NCBI GenBank assembly: GCA_963788655.1
Contig: CAWBHS010000057.1
Span: forward strand, 256,001-320,000
DNA: 64,000 nt
Direction: 5' to 3'
Source: an uncultured Verrucomicrobiae bacterium
Lineage (GTDB): Bacteria; Verrucomicrobiota; Verrucomicrobiia; Limisphaerales; JAFGQR01
Part shown: piece by piece, positions 21,755 through 32,866 of the stretch
Position numbering within the stretch: position 1 is the first letter of the stretch
Layout of the letters: each line of letters starts with the position of its first letter
The notes under the pieces: model-generated
The model's database searches: none
What the model was told of the DNA's origin: nothing
The model's input: the letters and a program-made list of their open reading frames with translations, nothing else
Position numbers and translations under genes: made by a program

Positions 21755-23171
21755 ATGACATTGAAGCTGTTTAACACATTAACCCGCTCCGTCGAAGAAT
21801 TCGTGCCGCTGGACCCGGAAGGTAAAAAAGTCGGCATGTATTGCTGCGGCCCGACGGTGTATGACTTCGCGCATATCGGTAATTTCCGGACGTTTGTTTT
21901 TGCCGACCTGGTGCGCCGTTACCTCGAGTTCCGCGGCTTCAAGGTCAATCACGTGATGAACATCACGGACGTGGAAGACAAGATCATTCGCCGCGTCAGC
22001 GAGACCGGCAAGCCGCTCCCGGAATACACTGCCCAATACGAAAAGGCCTTCCTCGAAGACCTGCAGACCCTGGGTTGTTTGCGGCCCCACCAAATGCCGC
22101 GAGCCACCGAGCACATCGGGGAGATCATTGGCCTGATCAAGAAACTGGTCGATCGCGGCATTGCTTACCAGGCGCCGGACGGATCGGTGTATTTCAGCAT
22201 CGAGAAATACCAGGGCTGCGGCTGCCGTTATGGGCAATTGGTCAAGTTGAATTTCGAGCAAATGCGTCCCGGCGAACGCGTCGCGAGCGACGAATATAGC
22301 AAGGAATCCCTGGCCGATTTCGCGCTCTGGAAAGCGCGCGTGCCCGAGGACGGCGCGGTGTTCTGGCCCAGTCCGTGGGGCGAGGGCCGTCCCGGCTGGC
22401 ACATCGAGTGCAGCGCCATGAGCATGAAAATGCTTGGGCCGAGCTTCGACCTGCACCTGGGCGGCGAGGATCTGGCGTTTCCGCATCACGAAGACGAAAT
22501 CGCCCAAAGCGAAGGCGCCGGCGTGCAACCGCCGGGCCAGGGTTTCGTCAAGTATTGGCTGCACGGCGCCCACTTGCTGGTGAACGGCAAGAAAATGAGC
22601 CAAGTCGCTCGGCAACTTCTTTACGCTGCGCGACCTGGTGGACAAAGGATTCGCGGGCCGCGAAATTCGCTTCCTCATGCTCTCGGCCCATTACCGGGAA
22701 TCCTTCAATTTCACCGAGGATGGTCTCCAGGGAGCCCGCTCGTCATTGGCACGTTTGGATGAGTGCCTGGCCAAACTCACCGAGTTGGCCGGCAAGAAAA
22801 AGGCGAACGCGGATGCGCAATTGCTCGAACGCTTCACTGAAGCTCTGGACAACGATCTCAATGTCTCGGCCGGTTGGGGTGCCGTGTTCGAATGGGTTCG
22901 TGACATGAACCGCGCCCAAGCGGAGGAGCAATTGTCACCCGAGCAAGCCGCGGCCGGACTGGCGGCTTGGGAGAAAATCGACAAGGTGTTTGGGTTGGGG
23001 GAAAAGGGGGGCGAGGAAGCACCACCGGAATTCACGGACCTGTTGGCGCAGCGTCAGGCCGCGCGCCAAGCCAAAGACTTTGCGCGCGCCGATGCCTTGC
23101 GCGACGAATTAAAAGCCAAAGGCTGGATCATCGATGACACCCCCAAAGGGCCGCGGTTGAAGAAAGCGTAG
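21755..23171 (+). CDS. cysS: Cysteinyl-tRNA synthetase; frameshift near 22600
   Basis: YCCGPTVY, HIGN, DFALWK, GRPGWHIECSAM, FPHHEDE; KMSKSLGN split by one extra C. Confidence 0.97.
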
Positions 23172-23216
23172 CCGGGTGGACGGACCATGGAACGACGTGG
23201 ACAATGGCCCTTGCAG

Positions 23217-23362
23217 AATGCCCAATGCCCAATGCCCGATGCCCGATGACCAAAGATTGCCCAATTGCCAAAAACCGCCTTGCCAGTGTAAGGCTGCCCA
23301 GTCACAGATTGGACCTGGGGATTGGGAAATTCTCTGGTCATTGGTTATTGAGCATTGGTTAT
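23217..23362. repeat. Heptamer tandem repeats (aatgccc / cattggt type) between convergent genes
   Basis: aatgcccaatgcccaatgcccgatgcccgatgacc ... ggtcattggttattgagcattggttatt. Confidence 0.65.
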
Positions 23363-23369
23363 TAGTGAG

Positions 23370-25391
23370 TCACTCCGTCCGCCGCACGAACGCATCGACT
23401 GCACCGGCGGCGGTGTAGATCGCAGCAGTTTTTTCAAGCGCGGCATTCGGCGGCGCAACGATGGTGAGCGAATCTGGCGCGAGCATGCCCAATACGTCTG
23501 GCACGTCGCACACCCGCAACACGTTCAAGAATTGCGGGGCCGCATTGTCGGCGTGCGTCAGGGGCGGATCGCGCAGGATGAGGGCGTTGATCTCCGGTTC
23601 CCACAGCGCGGCATAAGCCGCCAACACCGCCGCCTGGCCTTCGCCGACGAGCACCACCGGCAACTTCCCTTCATACCGCTTCCGCAGGTAACGCGCGGTG
23701 GCGATAATGTCCCGCACGCGGCCCGTGTCCACTGTCTGCCCCAAGAGCACTTGACTGCGCTCGACGTAATTGGGCGGATTCTTTTGTGTCCACCGGGTGG
23801 CTCCGATTCCGCGCGGTTCACAATAACAAAGGACATCTTTGGGGTCGCTTAGACTACGCATGAACTCCAGGGGTGGCTTGCCCGATTCCGCATCGGCAAT
23901 GCCGAGCAAGATGCGTCCCGTCGGTGAGGCGGCCCTCGTGACTTCAACCCATCGCACGCGGATGCCCGGCTCCGTCTCCAATTGTGGGCCATCCGAAGAC
24001 TCCGGCTGCCGCAATTGAGCCGCGGGAATGCGCTCGGGAAAACTGCGGAACGTCACTCGACGCAATTCGGCCATGAGCTTGGCCTTCCATTCCGGAAGTT
24101 GTTCGGAGGTGGGCACGGCAACCTCTGCCACGGGAACGAAGTGTTCATCGATGGTGGTGTTTAACTCATCTTTTGGGATGTCGTTGTCTTCGGGAAAGAC
24201 GCGCAGTTTGTCAATCGGGATGGGATAAGTGCGGTTATCCCGCTCGCCCGTGATCAGGTCCACTTCGCTGTCTGCAATTACTCGCGGATCATTCTTGAGA
24301 TGCGTGTTGATGAATCGATAAGCCGCCTGCCGGATGTCCTGCCGGTAAGCATGGCCGCCGATGCTCACAACGGCGTCAACAAAATCGCTTCGCCCATACA
24401 AACTGTAAATGCGCTCCAGCCGGTTGATGACGCGCTCATTGGCGTCCATCGGGAAGATTTGGTCGTGGTCGCTGTTCACGAACAACAGCGCCCGCGGCGC
24501 AATCAGGGCGGTGAGGCGTGTCCAGGGCCATTGAAAGGTGTTGTAGAGAAACATGCAATCGCAGTGGCCATTGATCACGCGGTTGTTCACGTACGATGGC
24601 AAGTCGGCCATGCCGCTGACCGGCACCGCCACCTTCACGCGTTCATCGGCGGCGGCGATCCAATGGGTGGCCGCACCGCCACCACTGATGCCGGTCACCG
24701 CGATCCGTTCCGGGTCCACGTCCGGCCGGCTGACAAGGTAGTCGATGCCCCGGATGCCGTTCCAGCATTCGACGCCGGCGGGCGTGTAACCGCGCGAGTG
24801 CCACCACCAACGATTCTCGCGATACGTGCCATGATGGATCGCGGCAATCTCCCCGAGTTGGAGGGAATCCACCACCAGGCAAACATACCCGTGCCGGGCG
24901 AACCAGATTCCGTGCGACTGGTAAGCGGTCTTGTTGCCGGCCCGTCCTTGATACGAATGCCCGCACACATAAAACACCGCCGGCAAGCGTTCGCCAGGCT
25001 TGATTGATGCGGGGCGATACAAATTGCCGGTGACGTACAACCGGGGCCGGCTTTGATAATGGATCAGGTCCACCATATAGCCGTCGCCTGGGTGCGTGCC
25101 AGTGATGGTGGCCTTTAACGGCGTCCGCTCCAGGATCGGCCACAGGCCCAGCATGTAAAGGTACTGCTCACGATACGTGGGCAGATGCGCCTGCCAATCT
25201 TCCAGGGACTTCAAATCATTGGTGAAGGAATCGTGGATTCGATTTGCCTCGGCCGCCAGATACGCCTGGATCATTTCGTCGCCCGGCTGACCGCGATCCG
25301 GCGGGCTGTATTCCTGGGCGTGGCTGGCGCCGGGTCCGATTTGAAGAATGAGAAGGAAAACAATCCCGAGGAGTAAGCGGTGCATCGTCAT
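23370..25391 (-). CDS. Secreted alpha/beta-hydrolase (acetyl-xylan-esterase-like)
   Basis: Signal peptide; VCGH, RPDVDPERIAVTGISGGG nucleophile elbow, GHCDC; degenerate second hydrolase domain. Confidence 0.8.
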   Translation of the reverse strand: MTMHRLLLGIVFLLILQIGPGASHAQEYSPPDRGQPGDEMIQAYLAAEANRIHDSFTNDLKSLEDWQAHLPTYREQYLYMLGLWPILERTPLKATITGTHPGDGYMVDLIHYQSRPRLYVTGNLYRPASIKPGERLPAVFYVCGHSYQGRAGNKTAYQSHGIWFARHGYVCLVVDSLQLGEIAAIHHGTYRENRWWWHSRGYTPAGVECWNGIRGIDYLVSRPDVDPERIAVTGISGGGAATHWIAAADERVKVAVPVSGMADLPSYVNNRVINGHCDCMFLYNTFQWPWTRLTALIAPRALLFVNSDHDQIFPMDANERVINRLERIYSLYGRSDFVDAVVSIGGHAYRQDIRQAAYRFINTHLKNDPRVIADSEVDLITGERDNRTYPIPIDKLRVFPEDNDIPKDELNTTIDEHFVPVAEVAVPTSEQLPEWKAKLMAELRRVTFRSFPERIPAAQLRQPESSDGPQLETEPGIRVRWVEVTRAASPTGRILLGIADAESGKPPLEFMRSLSDPKDVLCYCEPRGIGATRWTQKNPPNYVERSQVLLGQTVDTGRVRDIIATARYLRKRYEGKLPVVLVGEGQAAVLAAYAALWEPEINALILRDPPLTHADNAAPQFLNVLRVCDVPDVLGMLAPDSLTIVAPPNAALEKTAAIYTAAGAVDAFVRRTE

Positions 25392-25514
25392 GGCGTATTG
25401 GTGCGCCTCTGCCGAGCTGGCTGTCAAGGCGCTTGTAAGGCGTTTTCGGACGGAAAGTATCCCCCAGATCAATGCTAGCTCTTTGTATATTTTTGCACGA
25501 CGCAAGGCAAACGA

Positions 25515-25812
25515 AAGCGGGAGCAAGCTCCACGCACTCCAAACGCTGGCGCGACTTTTGGGCGCCAGACATTTCAAAGCACTTGGAGCAGCCGTAGCGT
25601 GGTTGGGGGCGACGTTTCCCCTCACCCTGACCCTCTCCCCAAGGAGAGGGAAGAGCGATCGACCCCGCCTTGATCTTTGGGCGCGTCATAACCGGCGCCG
25701 CCTGCATCGGAGTACGCGCATCGGCAATGAAGCTCCAAAGAATGCACGCACTCTCAGGTGGGCGGCGAACGTGCTCCCTCTCCTTTGTGGATAGGGCTGG
25801 GGTGAGGGGGAA
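25515..25812. repeat. Cluster of REP-like elements
   Basis: aaagcgggagcaagctccacgcactccaaacgctggcgcga (related to 34561) plus a ccctcaccc...ggggtgagggg doublet. Confidence 0.65.
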
Positions 25813-25978
25813 GTTGGCGTCCGCAATTCGATAACGCAACGATTCGCACCGGTACCGGCAAACCGGCTCTGGCTTTGAGTCGTTCGTTGATTCATGCTTT
25901 TGGCTTTGCCAGAGGGTGCTGACGCGGAACAGCCGGGACGGCTGTCCTACCGGGTTGCCGCACCAACAGTTCTCCAAA

Positions 25979-28596
25979 TCACGGCGTCGCGCCGTTCTTC
26001 GCGGCCTGCCACGGCGTGGCTGGTTCCGCCGCTTCGTCCCCGCCGACCACGCAGCACTGCAAACCGCCGCCCTGGCCGGTGTAAAAGAGCCGTCCATTCG
26101 ACGGGATAGCCCCCACGCACTCGCTCGGGTCGAGGGCCGGTCCGGTGGAAATCAATTGATTGTCCGCCGACAAATCGCGCACGTCGAGATTGCTGCCGAG
26201 CAAATAGGATCCCGAAAGCGTGAAGCGCGTGCATTTGTAGCCATTAGTGTAGGTGCAGAGGATTTTGCCCGTGTCCGGCGCGAGCAAGTAGCTCTGTTGG
26301 TATTGGACGTGGGCGTACAGGAACTTGTCGCCAATCGCCACGTCGTGAATGGCCATGGCGAGCGGATCGGACTTCCAAATCAGCGAACCGTCTCGCGCCT
26401 CCAGGCACCAGACAAACCGGTCCTCGGTGCCGGGACGCGGCCGATTGTAGCCGCCCAGGTACAACCGACCGTCGCGGCCGGAAATCGTGCAGCCGCCGTG
26501 AACAGAGTAGTTGGTGGTGAGCCAGATGGTGCGGCCGGTCTTTGGTTCCAACGCTGCGGTCAGACCCGTCGGGCCAGGTCGGTCGCCGCGTTGCGCCAGG
26601 TAGCCGAAGAAGCACGAGTAGTAGAGCGTGTTGTTCATCAGGCACAAGCCCGCTTCATCGCCGCCGTTACCGAACTCAGAGAAGTCGCGCGTCCAAACCT
26701 CCTTGCCGGTTTGCAGATCCCACGCTTTGACAAGCGGCTTTTGGTCGGAGGGAAAACGCCGCACGTCCTGATGCTCAAATAACCAAGCGGGACGACCTTG
26801 CGTTGCGCCCGCTCCGTATTTACCGGTGCTGAACATGTAGAAGACCAGCCCGTCACGGACCAGCGGCGGCAACTGGCGGTTCCAACTCGGCGAACCGCCA
26901 AACGGCACTTCCCACAGCAGCTTGCCGGTCGCGGCATCCAGGCAACGCAAATGGCACGAGTCCAACCCGGCTTGCGGCACCAGCACCTTCTCCTGGTAAT
27001 ACAGGGGGCTGGTGTAAGAGACGTGGACGCCCGGCCAGTAGCGCCGCCAGAGCAACCGGCCCGTTTCCTGTTCAACGGCGAAGATTTGGCCTTCGGCAGT
27101 GTGCGTGTAGAGCCGGCCGCTGCCGCACGTCGAGAATTGTTTGATCGTGCCTTCGAAACGGCGAATCCACTTTAGCGCGAATGGCGGCTTAAGGTCTTGC
27201 GGATGGTTGTCAGTGTTGGCCCAGTTGCCGAAGCTCGTGAACCAATCGTCCTTTGGCTCCGGCAACTTGCTGGTCAACGGACTGCGCACTTTCCACAACG
27301 CCAGCTCCTTGGTTGGCAACGGCGCGCTTGCCATTCGGTCCCAGCGCGTAAAAGTAACCGTCTTCGGCGCCGAAATAGATGCGAGCCATCGCAGACTGCC
27401 GGCGATGCGGTGATGGCTTTGCCGAATGCCGTGCGGAAGGACCAACCCTTGTCGCCGGACAGCGGGACCACATACAAGCTACCGTCCAATCCGCCATATA
27501 CTGCGGCGTCGCGCAGCAGGATCGGCGAGCAGGTTGAGGGATAGCCGTCCAGCGGCTGGGCAGGGGCGCTGCCACTGTGTTTGCACAAGCCAAAGCCCGC
27601 CTCGGGGCGGCACCGATACACGTCATTACCGCGCAGGCTGACGGACGAGAAACTCACCGCGCCGCGCGTGGTTGGTCCCGTCTGCGTGCCAGGCACGTAA
27701 CGTTTCTCGATCTTCCCGTCGTGCAAACGATAGACCTCGACGCGTCCGCCATTGTCGAGCCGGTGCCATTGCCGATACACCGCGCCATCCTCGCCCAGGC
27801 TCAGGCCAAACGTGGAATCGTATCCGGGCACTTGGCCGACCATTTCCGCTTGCGCGCCGGCGTCCCTCAGCCAAATCACCTGGCCGCCAGCCGGCACCAC
27901 AATCGTCCGTCCCTGCGCCGCCAGGTCACGCACACAGCAGAATTGCTGCGTGGTGCGGACCCGTTTGCCCAGATACTTCGCCCACTCGACGCCGCTCCAA
28001 CGGTTGCCGGGGAACTTCAGCACTTCGCGCACGAAATCCCAGGTCCAACACGTCGTGCCATTCGGCTGCAAGGCATACACCCGCGAACCAAGCGTGGCAA
28101 AATACACGCGGCCGTTGACCACCACGGGCGAACTGAAGATCGGTTCGCCGCACGCGATCTCTCGCACCACCATGCCCGACTGGGCCTCGAGCACATAATA
28201 GGAGCCGGCCATGGTGCCGAAGTGCAAATAACCGTCGGCGAGAGCCGGGGACGACACGTTGTTGCAGTTGGCCTGGCCGCTGCGGCTTTCGAACTTCCAA
28301 ACGACGGTCAACGTATCCGCGTCCAGACAGAACGCGACGCCAGAACCATCCACCACATAGACGCGGCCATCGGCCACCACCGGCGACGTGAAGATGGCGT
28401 CCGTGAGCGGCACGGCGGCAGCGAGTTTCAGCGGCGTGGTGACACTCCGTTCCGGGACATTGCCGGAGCGGCGGCTGTCGTGCTTGGCTTGCAACCAATT
28501 CTCGGCCCGTCCCTCAACGACAGTGCTCCATAATCCGACAATGCCCAACAAAACGGCGAGTTGCCACTTGGTGAATTGAAATGTCGTTTTCATCAT
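25979..28596 (-). CDS. Large PQQ-like beta-propeller protein, frameshift near 27385
   Basis: Signal peptide; SPVVADGRVY, SSPVVVNGRVYF and TGKLLW repeats continue across the two ORFs. Confidence 0.78.
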
Positions 28597-28655
28597 TGTG
28601 CCCTTCTCTAAACGGATTTGACATTTGCGTCCAGCGTGAATGAATGGAGCCCGTT

Positions 28656-30176
28656 ATGAACCGACGCAAATTCCTCGAACGGGCCGGGGCTTCGGCCGCC
28701 GCCATCACCCTTATTCCCCGCCACGTGCTCGGCGGTGCCAACCAGGTCGCTCCCAGCGAGAAAATCACAATGGCCTACATCGGCTGCGGCACGCAGGGCT
28801 TGCGCGAGCTGCTGCCCATACTCGGCATGCCCGAGGTGCAAGTGGTCGCCGTTTGCGATCCCAATCGCGACAGCACCGATTACGTTGATTGGTCCAAGAA
28901 CGGCATCCGCGACGCCATCCGCAATACCTTGGGCAACTCCAATTGGCGTGCCGGGTTGGATGGAATTCCAGGCGGACGCGAAGTGGCGAAAGAAGTGACC
29001 GAAAGCTATTACGCGAAAAAGCGGCCCAACGACCAGTTCAAAGGGTGCGCATCCTACGAGGACTTTCGCGAGTTGCTGGCAAAGGAAAAAGACGTGGACG
29101 CGGTGAAGATCATGACGCCGGACCATCTGCACGCAACGATCGCGATTGCAGCCATGAATCGGGGCAAACACACCATGGTCCACAAGCCGCTGGCCAATCG
29201 CGTTCACGAAGCCCGGTTGGTGATCGAGACGGCGCGCCGGACGAAAGTGGCCACGCACTTCCTGCCGGCCAGCGCGGGAGAAAACGTGCGCATGGTAGCC
29301 GGGTGGATTCGCGATGGCGCCATTGGCACGCTGCGCGAAATTCACAACTGGTCGAACCGTCCGGTCTGGCCGCAATACCCGACCATTCCCACCGACACGC
29401 CGCCGGTGCCGAAAGGATTCGACTGGGACTTGTGGCTCGGCCCTTCGCTCCCGCGTCCATATCACCCGCATTACACGCATGCCGTGTTTCGCGGCTGGTA
29501 CGAGTTTGGCGGCGGTTCCATTGCGGACATGGGCCATTACAGCCTGTGGCCGGTCTTTCAGGAATTCGATTTGGATGCTCCCGTCGTCGTGGAATCAAAC
29601 CCCAGTCACGTCTGCACCATCACGAATCAAGTCAGCCACCAGATTCACAACGATTATTCGTTTCCGTACGCCGGCACCATCCGGTTCAAGTTCGCGGCCA
29701 AAGGCGACCGGCCCGCGCTTGATCTGCTCTGGTACGATGGCGGCATCAAACCGGCAACGCCCGAAGAACTGGAAGAAGATCGCGGCGAACTCGAAGCCGA
29801 AGGCATGCTGTTCGTCGGCGACAAGGGCAAGATTCTGGCGCGGTTCCGATGTGAGAACCCGCGCATCATTCCCGAGCGCAAAGCGCGGGCTTTCCGGGAG
29901 TCCAAAGGCGGGGCGGCGTCCGCGCCGGCAGAGCGCAACCGCAGCCGGGGCGGGCGCAGTTCGTCGTGGGTAGAAGCGTTCAAAGGGGGCAAACCGACTT
30001 ACGGCGACTTCCTGTTGGCCGGCCCCATTTCCGAAGCCTTCAACCTCGGCGCCATTTCGTTGCGCCTGGGTGGAAAACGCCTCGTATGGGACGCCGCCAA
30101 CATGAAAGTCACCAATGTCCCCGAAGCCAACCGCTATCTGAAGCGCGAGTATCGTAAAGGATGGGAATTGGGCTAG
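28656..30176 (+). CDS. Tat-exported Gfo/Idh/MocA oxidoreductase
   Basis: MNRRKFL twin-arginine signal, IGCGTQG, TPDHLH, HKPLA, DWDLWLGP. Confidence 0.9.
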   Translation: MNRRKFLERAGASAAAITLIPRHVLGGANQVAPSEKITMAYIGCGTQGLRELLPILGMPEVQVVAVCDPNRDSTDYVDWSKNGIRDAIRNTLGNSNWRAGLDGIPGGREVAKEVTESYYAKKRPNDQFKGCASYEDFRELLAKEKDVDAVKIMTPDHLHATIAIAAMNRGKHTMVHKPLANRVHEARLVIETARRTKVATHFLPASAGENVRMVAGWIRDGAIGTLREIHNWSNRPVWPQYPTIPTDTPPVPKGFDWDLWLGPSLPRPYHPHYTHAVFRGWYEFGGGSIADMGHYSLWPVFQEFDLDAPVVVESNPSHVCTITNQVSHQIHNDYSFPYAGTIRFKFAAKGDRPALDLLWYDGGIKPATPEELEEDRGELEAEGMLFVGDKGKILARFRCENPRIIPERKARAFRESKGGAASAPAERNRSRGGRSSSWVEAFKGGKPTYGDFLLAGPISEAFNLGAISLRLGGKRLVWDAANMKVTNVPEANRYLKREYRKGWELG

Positions 30177-30308
30177 GCGCCCCTGAGGATGCGTTAGATC
30201 CGTGCTGAAATTTTTGCCCGTTCGAGCCTGACTGGCAGCGCTTGGTTATTTTGCATGGGAGAAAGCGGTCACACAACCCAGCTCGATCTCAAATCCCCTT
30301 GATTTTTA

Positions 30309-30337
30309 TGGTGCGCATAGCAGGACTTGAACCTGCA
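30309..30337 (-). repeat. Distal att site (duplicated tRNA-Leu 3' end)
   Basis: tggtgcgcatagcaggacttgaacctgca, identical to 42706-42734. Confidence 0.92.
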
Positions 30338-30463
30338 AATCGACCTTTTCATTGTTGCCGGTTAATGGTGTTTCGTTGCTTCTCATTACACATAGATACA
30401 TTATGAATACCTTTATTTTCAAGCCTTTTATTGCATTTGTGGGTAATAACGCGCAGAAGAACG

Positions 30464-30549
30464 TGTGCAAATTCTGTACAACTCCGCTTGATGTGCAAAT
30501 GTTGTGCAAAACAAAACTCGCGGATAAATCTGTGCAAACCGTGTGCAAA
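30464..30549. repeat. Paired TGTGCAA boxes with 11-bp spacing, putative integrase arm-type sites
   Basis: Pairs at 30464/30475 (degenerate), 30492/30503 and 30531/30542; another pair at 42653/42664. Confidence 0.65.
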
Positions 30550-30796
30550 CTTTGAAGTGAGAATTCGCCCCCCCAGCGGAAGCCTCACACAGGCTTCATG
30601 GCGTCGCGTGGATAGGGCGGCATGGCATCGACAACCCTCTTGGCCCGGATGCCCCACCCGCAGCATCCAAGGTCACAGCAGCCCGCCAGCAAGCAAGGCT
30701 GCGGGTGCCTTGGTGAGTGGTGCCTTGGTCGCCGGGCGAGGACGGATGAATGGGTGCCGTCATCCGAGTGGCACTCGACCATCACGACGCTGACCT

Positions 30797-31326
30797 TTCC
30801 GCCTGCCGGTCGTGGTGCCAGGTCGGGTCCGGGGCGAGCCCAGGTGCCAGGTGCCGTCTGCCCGACGCTATGCCAAACGTCCGGGGGCGGGGGGCATCAC
30901 GCACTGCGAACTCGCCGAGCACGCTCTCACCGCCGTTCTTTGCGTCGGCGTAAGGAATCTCTTTTTTCGCAGAGGGGTGCGAGTCGAAGGGGGGGGTAGG
31001 CGGGCTTTCGGGGGCCGGGTCGAACGAATAGGGGGCTGCTTTACCAAAGTTGGTTTTGGGAACTTTGGGCGGCTACTGTGCGCTACCAGGCGTTGCAACG
31101 GCACGGTCCAGATCGCACCGTCGAAGAAGAACAAGCGATTGGATTCGGTTTGCGGTTTCAACGATTTGCAATAGCATCCCGCCAAAGTTCATGATCTGGA
31201 TCGCCCCATCCGAAAAGGACGCTGACACCGCCGCGCTGGAAAAACGTCTCTGGGACAGCGCCGATCAGTTCCGCGCCAACTCCGGGCTGAAGCCCCAGGA
31301 ATATTCCGCGCCCGTCCTCGGCCTCA
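30797..31326 (+). repeat. ~520-bp direct repeat, copy 1 (non-coding leader plus hsdM 5' end)
   Basis: Highly similar to 32282-32789. Confidence 0.9.
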
Positions 31327-31424
31327 TCTGCCTCCGCTTGGAGCGGGAGATAGACGAGTTGGTGTATGCGCTCTACGGCCTGACCCCGGAAGAAAAAGCC
31401 CTTGTCCAAGCCGCCGCCAAATGA
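31191..31424 (+). pseudogene. Chimeric RM remnant: HsdM N-terminus fused to a type IIG-like C-terminus
   Basis: [27 protein letters not shown] (HsdM_N) joined directly to [18 protein letters not shown]. Confidence 0.75.
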
Positions 31425-31732
31425 AAACGCTTCAAGATTGTTTCGGCCATCAAGTCCGGCTCACGGATGAGCGGCTGGCGCACATTCTGGAACATTCCGA
31501 AATGAAGGGGATGGGCGCGGAGATTGAGCGCGTGTAGCGCCAGCCCCAGTTGGTGCGGCGCTCGCGGTCGGATGAGGCGGTGCGGTTGTTCTACGAATTT
31601 TACGCGCAGACGGTTGTGGGTGGCAAATGGCTGTGCGTTGTGGTTAAATATGTGGAGAACGATGCGTTTGTGGTCACGGCCTACCTGACCGACAAACCGA
31701 AAGCCGGAGACGATTTATGGCCGAAAAAGTAA
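31421..31732 (+). pseudogene. RelE/DUF4258-like toxin with an internal TAG at 31535
   Basis: [25 protein letters not shown]...ERV*RQPQLVRRS...LCVVVKY...VVTAY; overlaps the downstream DUF2283-like gene. Confidence 0.6.
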
Positions 31733-31926
31733 AAGTCTGGTTCGATGCCGAAGCCGATTACCTTGAAGTGAGGTTCTCGGAGGCTGCCGGCTACGAAAAG
31801 GAAACCCGCCACGATGCCGTAATGGAGCGCGTGGATGCCAAAGGTAACGTCATCGGCTTCAGCATTCTGGGTGTGAGCCGCTTCAAAAAGGACAAGCCTC
31901 TGGAGGCGGACCTCGCCCCGGTTTGA
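31717..31926 (+). CDS. DUF2283-like antitoxin
   Basis: VWFDAEADYLEVRF...DAKGNVIGFSILGVS; 69 aa, downstream of the toxin. Confidence 0.75.
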   Translation: MAEKVKVWFDAEADYLEVRFSEAAGYEKETRHDAVMERVDAKGNVIGFSILGVSRFKKDKPLEADLAPV

Positions 31927-31932
31927 CTTTCC

Positions 31933-32160
31933 TTCCCGCCGCCCCGCCGGAAAAGCAAAAGGCGGTGGAGCGGTTGGTTAACCGCATCCTCGCGGCGAAG
32001 CAGCGGGATGCCAAGGCGGACACGAGCGCGTGGGAGCGGGAGGTTGCTTCCCAGCCCCGCAGAGTGTTGCCCCGGAAAACGATGGCCGCCATCGCGACAG
32101 GCGGTGACGTGTTGGTGTATGCGCTCTACGGCCTGACCCCGGAGAAAAAGCCCTCGTCCA
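31933..32160 (+). pseudogene. Second remnant of a type IIG RM C-terminus
   Basis: PEKQKAVERLVNRILAAK..DTSAWERE...[10 protein letters not shown]. Confidence 0.6.
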
Positions 32161-32281
32161 AACCGCCGCGAAATGAATGTCCGCATCCAGAAAGACGTTG
32201 TGGAACTTGCCTCGCGGAAGCACCGGCAGGCATGGAAGAAAAGTTCCAACGTCAGCGAGCAGACCAAATCAGCCCAATGGG

Positions 32282-32789
32282 TTCCGTCTGCCGGTCGTGG
32301 CGCCAGGTCGAGGTCCGGGGCGAGCCCAGGTGCCAGGTGCCGTCTGCCCGACGCTATGCCAAACGTCCGGGTGCGGGGTGCATCACGCTCTCACCGCCGT
32401 TCTTCGCTTCGGGGTAAGGAATCTCTTTTTTCGCAGAGGGGTGCGAGTCGAAGGGGGGGTAGGGGGGCTTTCGGGGGCCGGGTTGAGCGAATGGAGGGCT
32501 GCTTTACCAAAGTTGGTTTTTGGAAATTTCGACAGGTAATGTGCACTACCAGGAGTCGCAACGGCACGGTCCAGATCGCACCGTCGAAGAAGAACAAGCG
32601 ATTGGATTCGATTTGCGGTTTCAACGACTTTCATTACCATCGCGCCAAATTACATGATCTGGATCGCCCCATCGGAAAAGGACACAGCCAACGGTACCCT
32701 GGAAAAGAATCTCTGGGCCGCGGCCGACCAGTTCCGCGCCAACTCCGGCCTCAAATTCCAGGAATACTCCGCGCCCGTCCTCGGCCTCA
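32282..32789 (+). repeat. ~510-bp direct repeat, copy 2
   Basis: Similar to 30797-31326; lacks a ~22-nt segment present in copy 1. Confidence 0.9.
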
Positions 32790-32857
32790 ACATCAACAGC
32801 TACGACGACGACCCGCACGATGCCACCGGCCGCTTCGACTTCGTCCAAACCAACTGA
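32654..32857 (+). pseudogene. hsdM: Internally deleted type I hsdM remnant
   Basis: HsdM_N start joined to [17 protein letters not shown], the segment that normally precedes NPPF, then a stop. Confidence 0.7.
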
Positions 32858-32866
32858 ATCAATTTT

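Noticed and set aside
30440..30560. TGTGCAAA repeats as a CRISPR array
   Set aside because: Repeats are only 7-8 bp with 3-nt gaps inside pairs; no cas genes.
30780..32860. Integron cassette array or diversity-generating retroelement
   Set aside because: No attC-type structure, no integron integrase and no reverse transcriptase; differences between the repeat copies are not adenine-specific.
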